Shown: piece by piece, positions 12,201-24,074 of the stretch
Numbering within the stretch: the first letter of the stretch is position 1
Layout of the letters: each line of letters starts with the position of its first letter
Source: Amoebophrya sp. A120
Taxonomy: Eukaryota; Protista; Dinoflagellata
DNA: 64,000 bases
Direction of reading: 5' to 3'
Assembly: GCA_905178155.1 (NCBI GenBank)
Contig: CAJINV010000024.1
Location: forward strand, 440,689 to 504,688
Notes under the pieces: generated by a model
Told to the model about the DNA's origin: nothing
What the model saw: only the letters and a program-made list of their open reading frames with translations
Databases searched by the model: none
Position numbers and translations under genes: made by a program

Positions 12201-12439
12201 GGAGCGAGTATCTCAATGCCAAATCCGCATGACAGATCCCCTCGCTCGGAAACAAAAGGCGCGGCCTTTTGCTAGCCATGCATGACAGATTTTCTCATGA
12301 TTTAGACTTCGCATCACAAATTCGAATCCTCCCAGACCCAGACATTTTTGCATTTGATAATTTCACCTCGTACCCCGACCCGCTCCCGGCTGTAGCAGAA
12401 GGTGGCGACGACGACAAGAATATGGCGGGAGAGGAATAG
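6275..12439 (+). CDS. Ser/Thr protein kinase (eukaryotic protein kinase fold), about 16 exons
   Basis: After removing inserts the frame reads LGAGAFGHV (Gly loop), YAIKVI, IRE, ILME, VIHRDMKAQN, DWG, GTDDYHPLE, DLWPFGMILFELL, LMQGNPTDR. Inserts: 6360-6622, 6688-6954, 7034-7319, 7357-7591, 7616-7916, 8130-8426, 8508-8779, 9049-9209, 9307-9583, 9690-9953, 10202-10471, 10561-10817, 11004-11239, 12092-12359; GT-AG intron 11416-11663. Last-exon frame is less certain. Confidence 0.92.
6360..6622. mobile_element. TIR introner, family A
   Basis: ~33-bp TIR; DR GCAGA/GCAGT. Confidence 0.9.
6688..6954. mobile_element. TIR introner, distinct TIR type
   Basis: TATGGCGCAGAG..GCGCCAGA ... TCTGGTGCG..GGCGAATA; DR CTTCC/CTTCG. 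Confidence 0.7.
7357..7591. mobile_element. TIR introner, family B
   Basis: TATGGAATTCTCAAATAT ... ATATTTGAGAACGCCATA; DR CACCT/CACCT. Confidence 0.9.
7616..7916. mobile_element. TIR introner, family C
   Basis: TATCATAAGGAAAAATCCCCTCTCCCCATA ... TATGGGGAGGGGGGATTTTCCCTCTGGATA; DR CCCGC/CCCGC. Confidence 0.9.
8130..8426. mobile_element. TIR introner, family D
   Basis: TATCCTGAGAAAAAACGTCCCCACCCC ... GGGGCGGGAACCTTTTTACACAGGATA; DR GCTGG/GCACG. Confidence 0.85.
8508..8779. mobile_element. TIR introner, family A
   Basis: DR GAAGA/GAGGA; sits at kinase hinge LME|E. Confidence 0.85.
9307..9583. mobile_element. TIR introner, family A
   Basis: DR CAACA/CAACA. Confidence 0.9.
9690..9953. mobile_element. 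TIR introner, family A
   Basis: DR TGAAG/TGAAC. Confidence 0.85.
10202..10471. mobile_element. TIR introner, family A (opposite orientation to 9307-9583)
   Basis: DR GCCGC/GCCGT; interior is a diverged reverse complement of 9307-9583. Confidence 0.9.
10561..10817. mobile_element. TIR introner, family B
   Basis: TATGGGTTCTCAA ... TTGAGAATCCCATA; DR TGGCG/TCGCG. Confidence 0.88.
11004..11239. mobile_element. TIR introner, family E
   Basis: TATGAGAGTGCACGACC ... GGTCGCGCACCCTCATA; DR CGAGC/CGAAG. Confidence 0.85.
11416..11663 (+). other. Canonical AT-rich GT-AG intron of the kinase gene
   Basis: CCAT|GTATTG ... CTCTCTACAG|AC; joins ORF 11142 frame to ORF 11714 frame. Confidence 0.75.
12092..12359. 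mobile_element. TIR introner, family A
   Basis: Near-perfect TIR TATCAAATGCAAATATGTCTGGGTCTGG / CCAGACCCAGACATTTTTGCATTTGATA; DR eroded. Confidence 0.85.
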
Positions 12440-12478
12440 TCGGCGACTTCTTCGAGGTGTTGGTGGAGCAGAAAATGT

Positions 12479-12715
12479 TATGGCATTCTCAATTGTTACA
12501 TTCTCAACTGTTACACGGATTTGTCATCCAAAATTGGCATCAGCCTCGACTTGGTCAAGGTGCTTAGCATGACAAATTTTCGAAGGGCTAAGCAGCATGA
12601 TCCTCTGTGGAAAATCTGTGATGCGAAAGCTGCAATCTTGCCATTTCCACCGTTGCCATTCTTGCGTCACAAATTCATTATAACAGTTGAGAATGTAACG
12701 TTTGAGACCGCCATA
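12479..12715. mobile_element. TIR element, family B (3' end or UTR of kinase gene)
   Basis: TATGGCATTCTCAATTGTTACATTCTCAACTGTTA ... TAACAGTTGAGAATGTAACGTTTGAGACCGCCATA; DR AATGT/AATTT. Confidence 0.88.
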
Positions 12716-15700
12716 AATTTGTAATCACAGCTAAGATTTTGATTTTCATCTGTCAAGAAGGATGTACTATCGTTGATAAAGTTATGTATATGGATTCACA
12801 CTGATAAGAGGTGAAACAGGAATAGCAACAGAACCAGGTCGAAGTACTTTAATAAAAATGCATTTGGTTTCCGTTAATTTTACCTGTGAGCAAGAACAAG
12901 TCTTCGTTTGAAATTTCAGGAATTACAACCACGACTACGCATCCATAGATACGGTATGGCACGCGTGCCTGCCTATCTCGGTGCAAACGGTTTCGGTTCC
13001 CACAGACACGTATAAATATTTTCCAACAAATCACTATCAGCCTTGAAAGTGATATTCAAACCTTTCAAAAATAAAGATGTCGAAGCATTGATTTTTTCAA
13101 GTGTATGAAAAAAAGAGCGCCAGAGAGAAGCCCCGGCTTCTTATGTGTACGGGAACTCAGTTTTCACCTTGATGTGTGCGTCAATTTTTACAGATGTGTA
13201 CGTCGTGGTGGAGGCGAGCACCGCACGCAGTTACCTTATTTTCAAACGCGACCCAGTTTCGTTAGCAAAATGCTTTACCTACCGTAGAATTTAGAAAACA
13301 GTCATGAATTACTGCAATTTGCAACATCAAAAAGTTTTCCTTTTGTATCATCCCAGACCTCCCGTGCCAGCAGTCAGACATAAATTGATGTGCACGGTCG
13401 CAAACCACGAATCTTGATTGAGGGTTTTTCTACGATAATAGATAAGTACTCACTTAGTAGTCTCGCGCTGCACTAAGCGTCGCGAATAAAAATTGAATTT
13501 TTAACTTGAGAAACACACTGTCTACAAACCAGAGACGCAAGGTTCCGATGAATCATAACAAATTGATATAGTATAACATCGTGTAGATAGCTTTTCCTTT
13601 TCCATACAGATTTCTATTTCTACGACTTCAATTTCGAAGAGCTATGGTACGTAGGGGACAAAGTTCAGATAAATACGTCGCTCGCCCCTTTTCCGTTCGT
13701 AGTCATATTCTGCAGAAGGCTCCCGGAGCCCTCTGCTACTGATATTGATATTGTTGGAGAGGAGCTTTATTTTCTGAGTTTGGTGCTGTGTTTTGATGTG
13801 CAAAAGGGAAGAAGCTGCTCCGATGTGCAACGTGTGCGTCTGGTACTTTGTACAAATAATAACTTTCAACATTCGACGGCGCTGGCTCTCCTCTCGGAGG
13901 CATACTTATTTTCTCGCAGTCGTAGGCGTAGCCGTAGCTTTCATCAACCGGAGATAGTTCGGCCCGATACCGAATCACAGTACGAAATTGCTTAACATTG
14001 TTATAGAAAGGCCGACGACGATAAAAGTATCACATTCAATACTGCACTGACGATCTCTGGTCGTCGCCGCATCGGTGATAAAAGTCGTGTCGAAAGTGCC
14101 ACCATCAGGGCGACAAGAAATTCACGGCTGCTTCTGACTGTTTCTCTTGGCGCACGCGCATCTTCTCACTACAGCATAATACGTGCTACATATCTAGATC
14201 CACCAACCATGGCGAATGCAATCATACTTATACTTATTTACAACCCGAATACTTCTGAACAGATTTTTTGTAGATGGTTTTACGTTCGGAGAAAAAGCCT
14301 CGTATTTTTTCAATGACAGCGAAATAGACGGCGGGCAGGTCCTCTGCCGTCGGCGAGGTCAAAAACCATACATCACCAACGCCTGCCATCGACACACCAC
14401 AGCCGCGCTGATGGCGAAATATACTTACTTGCAGCACGCCATGAGTTTTGATAAAATTAACAGCACGAAAGCGAATGTGATGTGTAGTGTGCTTTTCAAA
14501 CCTGTTGCACTACATGCTGCATTTGCACACGACTCGTATTTGCTTCATTATGATATCGACGGCCAGGGGGCTCTTACATAATCTACCGCTTCAAGGATCC
14601 ATGCAAACAGATTATAGGCCATTCTCAATGTGATACGGTGGAAGTGTTTGGCTTCTAAGAATGTAGTTTTGACAGTAACGGATATGACAGTAACGAAGAA
14701 CATCATCCTGTCAAACTATAGTATTTGCCAATCGATAGGAAATGTAGTGCGAGCATGCTTTTCGCTGAGCGTTCTTCTTCTTGCGTTACCACAGCTTTTG
14801 TACGCCTTTGCTCGTGCAGGTTTCAGAGCTGTTACGCTCATGTTCTCCTGTGCTGCTGTAGGGCTGCGAAATTCCTTGAGGCAACGGGGAGAGATAAGCC
14901 CACGCAGACACGTCCCGCTATGTGTGTAGCAAGCTATGTTGAGGTCACCGCACTTACTAGCCACGAGATACTAGTACACAAATTGTATTTTTATCCAAAG
15001 CAAAAATAGCAACATGGCACAGTGGTCCAAGCCTTTCTATACGGTTCCGTCATAAGATCTGTTCAGATCAGGCACGACCACGAAGGAGAAGAGGCATAGA
15101 ATGTAAATGCAAGTACTCCTTTCCGCTTTCGTGGCACTTGCTGTCGCACTGCCCGAATTTATTGCTTTACGTACTTTCATAGTTTTTTCTTTCAATTTGA
15201 GACAGCGAAACAGATACGCATTACGAAAATTTGACGTAGTATTCTATTTTTGTATATTGTTTGCGAAATTCAAATTTCTATCCTTCTCTGGTCTCAATGT
15301 GCTTCTGTACTACTCGTTCCGATGAAGTTCGTGCGGAGGCACAAGGAGAGTCCAGCCCAAGACCTTTGTTTGTTCGCAAAAAAGCGAAAGCGCTTACGTA
15401 GCTTGAGCAGCCGACCCGGAGCATTGATTGTTTTGAAGAGTAAAATAAAAGAAAAATGTGTTAGCGACGCATAAAAAACTTTGCAACTGATAGAGATAGC
15501 CGCGAGCACAGATACCTAAAGCTGAACAAAAAAGGGGTCCTAAGATGCAATAAAGCCCGTCAAGATCATTGGTGTAATAAAGTAACCAAGCTACCCCCGA
15601 GATGTAGCGCGCTAATTTTTTGCTCCTTTACAATGTTCGGGCAGGGGAGGTTTTGAACTGAGCAGAGATGCTTTGAACGAGACGCAAGCATTTGTTCTAC

Positions 15701-18700
15701 CCTATTTACCTGCCTTGAGTCGTTTCGGCTCATTTTCGGCAGGCACGCATCTTCCTCTAGTACTTTCCACTACTACGATTTTGCTACATGCATGTCGTGG
15801 GTGTGGTCTGTGGTTTTCGAAGATGAGGGGTTTTTCTGGCTTCAAAGCAATGCAATAGATACAGTGGCTTTTCTTTGTTTTGGAACACATAAAAACTGTG
15901 CCTGATACTAGATGCTGTAACGCCGTCCGCAGCCTGTGCAGAGCGGCTTTTGCGCAGTCTCACTAACATGGCCAAAAAAAGGATCCAATAGGAGCTGGTA
16001 GAGATAAACATGCACGAGGTCATTATGGTATACTTATCGGCAAAACAAATGTCACCGGAACAACAGCCATGCTTTTAGGCATCTCGTCAGACGCAGAGAT
16101 CGTGACTCAAACTTCCATTTGGGATTTCACTTTTCAATATAGTGCAAAGCCCCAAGCTTCTTCTGGGATTTTACGAAGTGGTTTTGCAGCAGCTGCAGCT
16201 TCGCAAGGCAGATTACCTCGCAGAGGTTCTCTTTAGTGGGTTTTCAACAGATGAGCCGGACGTAGTTCGTCTCAGTAAAAAGAAACACAACATGCTTAGG
16301 ATGGTTGCGAGCCTCTGTGTGGGTGCATACATTGTATACTTCATTTTGATGCGAAAAAAACAGAAAAACTGCCTTCGTCGCGCAAACTGGATTCACAGCC
16401 ACAGTGTGAAGCAGCTCACCAAGGTTGGTTTGCCCCGGCTCCTGCCGTCGTGTTCCTGGCTGTCCTCTGTTGTTTGTCGGAGTGTAGTGGCCAAGCGGCG
16501 CATGTTGTCAAGACCTGTATTGTGTCGGAGGTTTTGTCGGTCTTATTCATGTGCGGCAGTAGCCTCCGCTCTCTGTAGCGGCGCGCACGCAGTTCCGAAG
16601 GGCGGTCCAGAAGCTGGGTAAAGAAGGCCCTGCGGATTCCTGGACAGGGAGGACGCGTGGCAAAATTTCCAGTCTTGCCGCCCATTTTATTGGGAGAACG
16701 CGCGGCAGAGTTCCCAGTTATTCTACGATGGCGGAGCCCAGTCAACAGGATTTTTTTTTTTTTCAAGCAAAAGGGCTCCCGCTTTCTCCCCGAAACCGGT
16801 CATGTGCCTGTTGCCCCGGGCCGGTACCTGGTGCCCTTTCCAGGTATCTAGCGGCGACCAGGCACCCGGGGCCCTGCTGGGGTGCCGGTGTGATGCTCCT
16901 GATTTAATGCTGAGCGCCGATGTATTTTCAATTGCGAAGGGCGAACACGTGCGCACGTGTTCCAACGGTTCGACAGAGCGAGCGAAGAGCGGAGAGCAGT
17001 GTCGGGAGCGTATTTCGAAAACCGTGCGCGAAGTAAAACCTATGCTCAGGGTTGTGAGAATGTTCATGGTGACAGAGCTCCAAAAAGGCCCACCCAAGCT
17101 CGGCATGCTTTGTGTGACGGCATGCGAGCAGCACGCGGAGAAAGGTTCGTGACGTGACATGCGTTCTGCAGAAAGCAAAGAGTACGTAGTAGACGCGCAC
17201 GACCCCGCCGGCCCGTGGAAGCGTAACCAACTCCGTTTGCGGTTGTGAAGCGTAAGGTAGGACTTCGCTCAGCCCTTGGCATAGCCCAAACTAGTGAGGG
17301 CCGCCTTTTTTGTCTGCGCTCAAAGTAAACTCTTGAAGCGGGGGCAGTAGCCTGCTAAATGGATATGGGAACCTGGCCACCGTTTGCATTCAGTTCGGTG
17401 AGGCGTTGGGAACTGAAGAAGCCTCTACCCCTGAAACGCACGCAGGCCCCTCAAAAGTGCGAAGGGCGTCGGGCTCCAAAAGCTCCTTTGCCTTGTGCAG
17501 TGAGCTAGCTAGGCTGTCCTTTGCAGTGAGCTGAAGCGCGTTGCGCTGACGTGAAAACCAGCTGCGGAGACAGGGGACACAAGAAGAAGCTTTTTCATTT
17601 TCAGCAGCAACACCACTACGACTGGCCCCCATCACTCCGATCAGGTGCCTGTCGCCCCGCGCAGGCGCCTGATGCTCCGGCGGGGTACCTGATGCGCCGG
17701 CCAGGTCCCTGGTGGATGCCCCGCGCAGTTACCTAGTGCCGCGGCCCGGTACCTGCTGCCCCTTTCAGTTGTCTTTTGCCCCAGTCGGGTACCTGATGCC
17801 CCTTCTGGGCACCTTGGTCGCGCCCTCCGTCAGCCGGGCACGTGAGCCAATTGCGGCGTCCGGTGCAGTGCTGGGCCCGGGCCTCAGAGGACCTATAAGC
17901 TGCGATACGAACGAGCACAGCGCTCAGGAGTGGCACAGCCAGAGCAGAGCACTAAACTGGTACGCTGGGAGGATGCGGAAACACCAAGACAAACGCAAGA
18001 ATAAGCCTGCGCGGGGGAAGAAGAAGAAAAAAGACGAGCCTGAAATAGCAGAAGGCGGCGATAGCGGTTCCGGCAACAATACTAACGATAGGAAATAGAT
18101 AGCGTCTAGCGCGTCTAGCTACCGTTTTGCCCCGTTTTGTTGGGTAATGCTACTACTACTACTCGGAAAGCGGAAAAAAACGAAGGGGGGTTTTGCGGGG
18201 GTTCGTAGGATTCCCCACGCAGGAAAGTCGCTAACTTCGGCGGGAATTCGGTGGGGAAATTTTTTGGGAATTCGGGCCCCCGGGCCTGTTTCATTTCATT
18301 CGCGTGCGATTTTGGTACCCCCCCCACCCGGGGGTGGTAATTCGCAAAACATTGCACATCGAATTAGCGACGCAAGTAAAGAGTTTTTTTGTGTTCATTT
18401 GCCCGGTCCGGGCCGGAATTGCCCACGAAATTGAACAAAAATTGCAGACGGAATTGGCCAAAAATTGCACGCAAAATTGCACAAAAATTGCCCGAGTTGG
18501 CCGGGCTGTATAATAGCCGGGGCGCCCCACCTCAAAAGGGGGGCGCTGGCATGGGCCAACGCTTGGCGGCCTCGGTGTGGCTTCCCGTTCTTCCCTTTGG
18601 CGCGCCGCCGCGGGTTGTTGTGTGGGGTATGCAGTCGGGGTCTTGGCGCCGTTCCGGCGCTTCCACATGCAGAGCCTCGCGCGGAGTGCCGACGGACCTT

Positions 18701-18762
18701 CGAAATTGCGCAACTTTTGCGCCCAATTTAGCACCTTAGGTGGCGCGGCCCCGTTCGCTTGA

Positions 18763-21700
18763 TGATGCCCTAATCAGGCACCTGATACGCCAATCAGGTA
18801 CCTGAAGCCCTCATCAGGTACCTGATGCCCCAGGCAGGTACCTGATGCGCCAATCAGGTACCTGGTGCCTCAATCAGGTACCTGATGCCCCAGTCAGGTA
18901 CCTGATGCCCCAATCAGGTACCTGATACGCCAATCAGGTACCTGACGCCCCAATCAGGTACCTGATACGCCAATCAGGTACCTGATGCCTTCAGCAGGTA
19001 CCCCATGCCCCAAGCCGGTACTTGATTCCCTAATCAGGTACCTGATGCCCCAATCAGGTACCTGATACGCCAATCAGGTACCTGACGCCCCAATCAGGTA
19101 CCTGATACGCCAATCAGGTACCTGATGCCTTCAGCAGGTACCCCATGCCCCAAGCCGGTACTTGATTCCCTAATCAGGTACCTGATGCCCCAATCAGGTA
19201 CCTGATACGCCAATCAGGTACCTGATGCCCCAATCAGGTACCTGATACGCCAATCAGGTACCTTCTGCCCTAAGCAGGTACCTGATGCCCCAATCAGGTA
19301 CCCGATGACCCAATCAGGAAGGTACCTGATACGCCAATCAGGCACCTGCTTCCCTAATCAGGTACCTGATACGCCAGTCAGGTATCTGACGCCCCAATCA
19401 GGTACCTGATACGCCAACCAGGTACCTGATGCCCCAGTCAGGTACCTGGTGCCCCAATCAGGTACCTGACTCCCTAATCAGGTGCCTGATGTCCCAATCA
19501 GGTACCTGATACGCCAATCAGGTACCTGGTGCCCTAATCAGGTACCTGATACGCCAATCAGGTACCTGATGCCCCAGGAAGGTACCTGATACCCTAATCA
19601 GGTACCTGCTGCCCCAATCAGGTACCTGATACGCCACTCGGGTACCTGATGCCCCAATCAGGTACCTGAGGCGCCAAGCAGGTACCTGATACCCGAATCA
19701 GGTATCTGATGCCCCAATGGGGTACCTGATACGCCAATCAGGTACCTGATACGCCAATCAGGTACCTGATGCCCCAATCAGGTACCTGATACGTCAAACA
19801 GGTACCTGATTCCCTAATCAGGTACCTGAGGCCCCAATCAGGTACCTGATACGCCAATCAGGTACCTGATGCCCCTCGTCAGGCACCTGATGCCCCAATC
19901 AGGTACGTGACTCCCTAATCAGGTACCCCATGCGCCAATCAGGTATCTGATGCCCCGATCAGGTACCGGGTACGCCAATCAGGTACCTGATGCCCTAATC
20001 AGGTACCTGATGCCCCAACCAGGTACCTGGCGCCCCAATCAGGTACCTGATACGCCAATCAGGTACCTGGCGCCCCCTAATCAGGTACCTGATACGCCAG
20101 TCAGGTACCTGATACGCCAGTCAAGTACCTGATGCCCGAATCAGGTACCTGGTTCCCCACTAAGGTACCTGATACGCCAATCAGGTACCTGGTGCCCTCA
20201 TCAGGTACCTGATACGCCAATCAGGTACCTGATGCCCCAAGCAGGTACCTGATGCCCCAGTCAGGTACCTGATACGCCAATCAGGTGCTTGATGCCCTAA
20301 TCAGGTACCTGATGCCTTTCTCAGGTACCTGGTACGCCAATCAGGTACCTGATGCCCCAATCAGGTACCTGATACGTCAAGCAGGTACCTGATGCCCGAA
20401 TCAGGTACCCGATGCCCCAATCAGGTACCTGATACGCCAGTAAGGTTGGTACCTGGTGCCCCGTAATCACGTACCTGATACGCCAGTCAGGTACCTGGTG
20501 CCCCAGTCAGGTACCTGATACGCCAGTCAGGTACCTGATGCCCCCCAATCAGGTACCTGACGCCCCAATCAGGTACCTGATACGCCAATCAGGTACCTGG
20601 TGCCCCAATCAGGTACCTGATGCCCCAATCAGGTACCTGGTGCCCCAATCAGGTACCTGATTCCCTAATCCGGTACCTGATGCCCCAAGCAGGTACCTGA
20701 TACGCCAATCAGGTACCTGATTCGTTCCCTAATCAGGTACCTGATACGCCAATCAGGTGCCTGATGCCCTAATCAGGTACCTGGTACGCCAATCAGGTAC
20801 CTGATGCCCCAGTCAGGTACCTGGTACGCCAATCAGGGAGGTACCTGTTGCCCCAGTCAGGTTGGTATCTGATTCCCTAGTAAGGTACCTGATGCCCCAA
20901 TCAGGTACCTGATACGCCATTCAGGTACCTGATGCCCTAATCAGGTACCTGGTACGCCAAACAGGTACCTGATGCCCCAGTCAGGTACCTGATACGCCAA
21001 GCAGGTACCTGGTACGCCAATCAGGTACCTGATGCCCTAATCAGGTACCTGGTACGCCAATCAGATACCTGATGCCCTAATCAGGTACCTGATACGCCAA
21101 TCAGGTACCTGGCGCCCCAATCTCTCAGGTACCTGATACGCTAAGCAGGTACCTTATGCCCCACTCAGGAAGGTACCTGATGCCTCAACCAGGTACCTGA
21201 TTCTCTATTCAGGTACTCGATGCCACAAGCAGGCACCTGATACGCCAATCAGGTGCCTGGTGCCTGAATCAGGTACCTGATACGCCAATCAGGTACCTGA
21301 TGCGTGCCCCAATCAGGTACCTGATGCCCCAAGCAGGTACGTGAGTCCCTAAGCAGGTACCTGATGCCCCAATCAGGTACCTGATACGCCAATCAGGTAC
21401 CTGGTGCCCTAATCAGGTACCTCATGCGCCAGTCAGGTACCTGATGCCCCGAGCAGGTATCTGATACGCCACTCAGGTACCTGATGCCCCAATCAGGTAC
21501 CTGATGCCCCAATCAGGTGCCTGATACGCCAAGCAGGTACCTGATGCCCTAAGCAGGTACCTGACGCCCCAATCAGGTACCTGGTGCCCGATTCAGGTAC
21601 CTGATACGCTAATCAGGTACCTGGTGCCCCAGTCAGGTACCTGGTGCCCCAATCAGGTACCTGATACGCCAATCAGGTACCTGATACGCCAATCAGGTAC

Positions 21701-22475
21701 CTGATGCCATAATCAGGCACCTGGCGCCCCATGCCCTAAACAGGTACCTGATGCCCCAGTCAGGTACCTGATACGCCAGTCAGGTACCTGATACGCCAAT
21801 CAGGTACCTGGTGCCCTAATCAGGTACCAGATGCCCCAAGCAGGCACCGACCTGATTCCCTAATCAGGTACCTGATGCCCCAATCAGGTACCTGATACGC
21901 CAATCAGGTACCTTCTGCCCTAAGCACGTAACTGATGCCCCAATCAGGTACCTGATGCCCCAGTCAGGTACCTGATACGCCAATCAGGTACCTGATGCCC
22001 AAATCAGGCATCTGATACGCCAATCAGGTACCTGATGCCCCAATCAGGTACGTGATGCCCCAATCAGGTACCTGATGCGCCAATCAGGTTAGGTACCTGA
22101 TACGCCAATCAGGCACCTGATGCCCCAGTCAGGTATCTGATTCCCTAATCAGGTGCCTGCTGCCCCAATCAGGTACCTGATGCCCCAATCAGGTACCTGA
22201 TGCCCAAATCAGGTATCTGATACGCCAATCAGGTACCTGATGCCCCAATCAGGTACGTGATGCCCCAATCAGGTACCTGATGCGCCAATCAGGTACCTGA
22301 TACGCCAATCAGGCACCTGATGCCCCAGTCAGGTATCTGATTCCCGAATCAGGTACCTGCTGCCCCAATCAGGTACCTGATGCCCCAACCAGGTACCTGA
22401 TGCCCCAGTCAGGTACCTGATACGCCAATCAGGTACCTGATGCCCTAATCAGGTACCTGATGCCCCAATCAGGTA
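18763..22475. repeat. Palindromic satellite, 20-bp unit ATCAGGTACCTGAT + 6-bp spacer (GCCCCA/ACGCCA/GCCCTA/TCCCTA), ~185 units
   Basis: Directly visible tandem array; the 14-bp core is a perfect palindrome; a 140-bp higher-order duplication at ~18961/19101. Confidence 0.98.
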
Positions 22476-23092
22476 TGGGCCACGCAGATCAACTGGCTGA
22501 CCGGTCGCGCGAGATGGTGGAACTTTTCCTCCACCCCTGCGGAGACCAGGACGCGCACTGCGGCTAAGCATTGCAGATGTTGCCGGGCTGGGGGTGTTGC
22601 AGGGCTTGTAATGACATTCGTCAGACGACGTCTGACGAATGTCATTACACGACACCTCTGGTGGACCAGGCCACGCAATGGGAACTGTCATCCACACCTC
22701 TGGGCCACGTATTTGCAATGCATAGCAGCAGGACAAGAGTCAGCCAATCACTGAAGTGGCTGGAGATGCTGAAGGACGAATGCGACAGATTCGAGATCGA
22801 CCACGGACTGGACGAAGCCATCAAAGATGTCGACCGGCTGTATTCTCGTCTGGATTTTTGTCAGGAAGGTTCGTTGCAAAACAACACTTCTGGCATGCAA
22901 GTTTTCGAGGACCTCGGCCTCGCAACCCAATTCCGCAACGCGATGCAGGAGTCTGGGTTCACCAGTTACACAGAGAAACATCCTCTCTTAGTCAATAACC
23001 AGATGCAACATCCGTTTACCTGGGACAACATGGTGGGTTCACTGCGCGATGTGGTCGCCGTGAGATGGGGTGATGTGAAAGGCATCTGGTGA
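22476..23092 (+). pseudogene. 5'-truncated family 1 gene copy A (last two exons only)
   Basis: DRSREMVELFLHPCG..HCG | insert 22565-22724 (DR GCGGC/GCAGC) | RTRVSQSLKWLEMLK...KGIW*; the upstream part is replaced by satellite. Confidence 0.75.
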
Positions 23093-24074
23093 ACAAAAAT
23101 CCTGCTAGCGAGACACGACGGTAGATATTGATCATAAGGACGCTTTCTGTTTCAGCTGCTGATTCCTCTTGCGGCGCATGGTGCTGTTTTTGAAACAGCC
23201 GGCCGTACCGCTGCGGCTAATGATCTAGAGCTTCTGTTGGCCAACAGGAGTTTACTAGTGCTTCGATGGATAGTTCCAGTTCGAGTTTGGTCACTGGATA
23301 GATCGATTTTGATGTTGCTTGCCTTGAATTTGATGTTCTGCACATCGCTATCTCGGTTGACTCAAAAAGTCTCGGTTTTATTTTCTACGTGTGCTTAGGC
23401 TTAAATGAAGTGAGAGAGTTCGTCTTCAAATCGCTTTCGTCACGAACCGGTCGCACTCGTCTTTGCAAATCGCACCCAATTTCAAATTGTTTACAGCTTA
23501 TCTGAAATCGACACAAATTGCAAATGGTGATGGAGCTACATTAAGTAATCCTCATGTTTTTCTCATTGTGTGATGCTGATGTGAGAGTCGCGCTTCATTT
23601 CTTCGTCAAAATTCGTATATACTCGTTTTCCAGGAGTGGTCAAAACGGCCTTTATATCTCAAATCGCTTCTGTCGTGTTTTAGTTTTTTCTATGCCGAGT
23701 GATGAAATTGAACAATCAAGAAAGGACTTCTGCAGGTTTTTTTGTGCGAATTTGTTTGGCACTGCCTAGAACCTAAAGCAGCCTACCAGGTCACCACCCA
23801 CCTCAAGAGGCACGGTAAAAGGAAGAAAGTGCATCGCTTTCGATTTATTTAAGGATCGCATCTCTCTAAAAGTGACCCGAAATTATCTGTAACCCCCAAA
23901 GCTGACCTCATAACTTTTTCTACCTGTTTTCTCAATCGGCGCCTACTCTCGCCGCCACTCCAACACGTCAAGTCCTCCGCATTCGACGAGAAGCCTGTAC
24001 TGCTGCCACAGCATCGACGGAACAACCGCCAGAGGATTGTGCCGCAGCATCAGCTGTACTCTTCCCGCCGCAAG

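Noticed and set aside
12800-18700. Autonomous transposase driving the inserts
   Set aside because: No long ORF or recognisable DDE, HUH or tyrosine-recombinase motif here or elsewhere in the window; an intron-split one could have been missed.
18763-22475. CRISPR array
   Set aside because: Spacers are only 6 bp and recurrent, there are no cas genes, and the context is eukaryotic.
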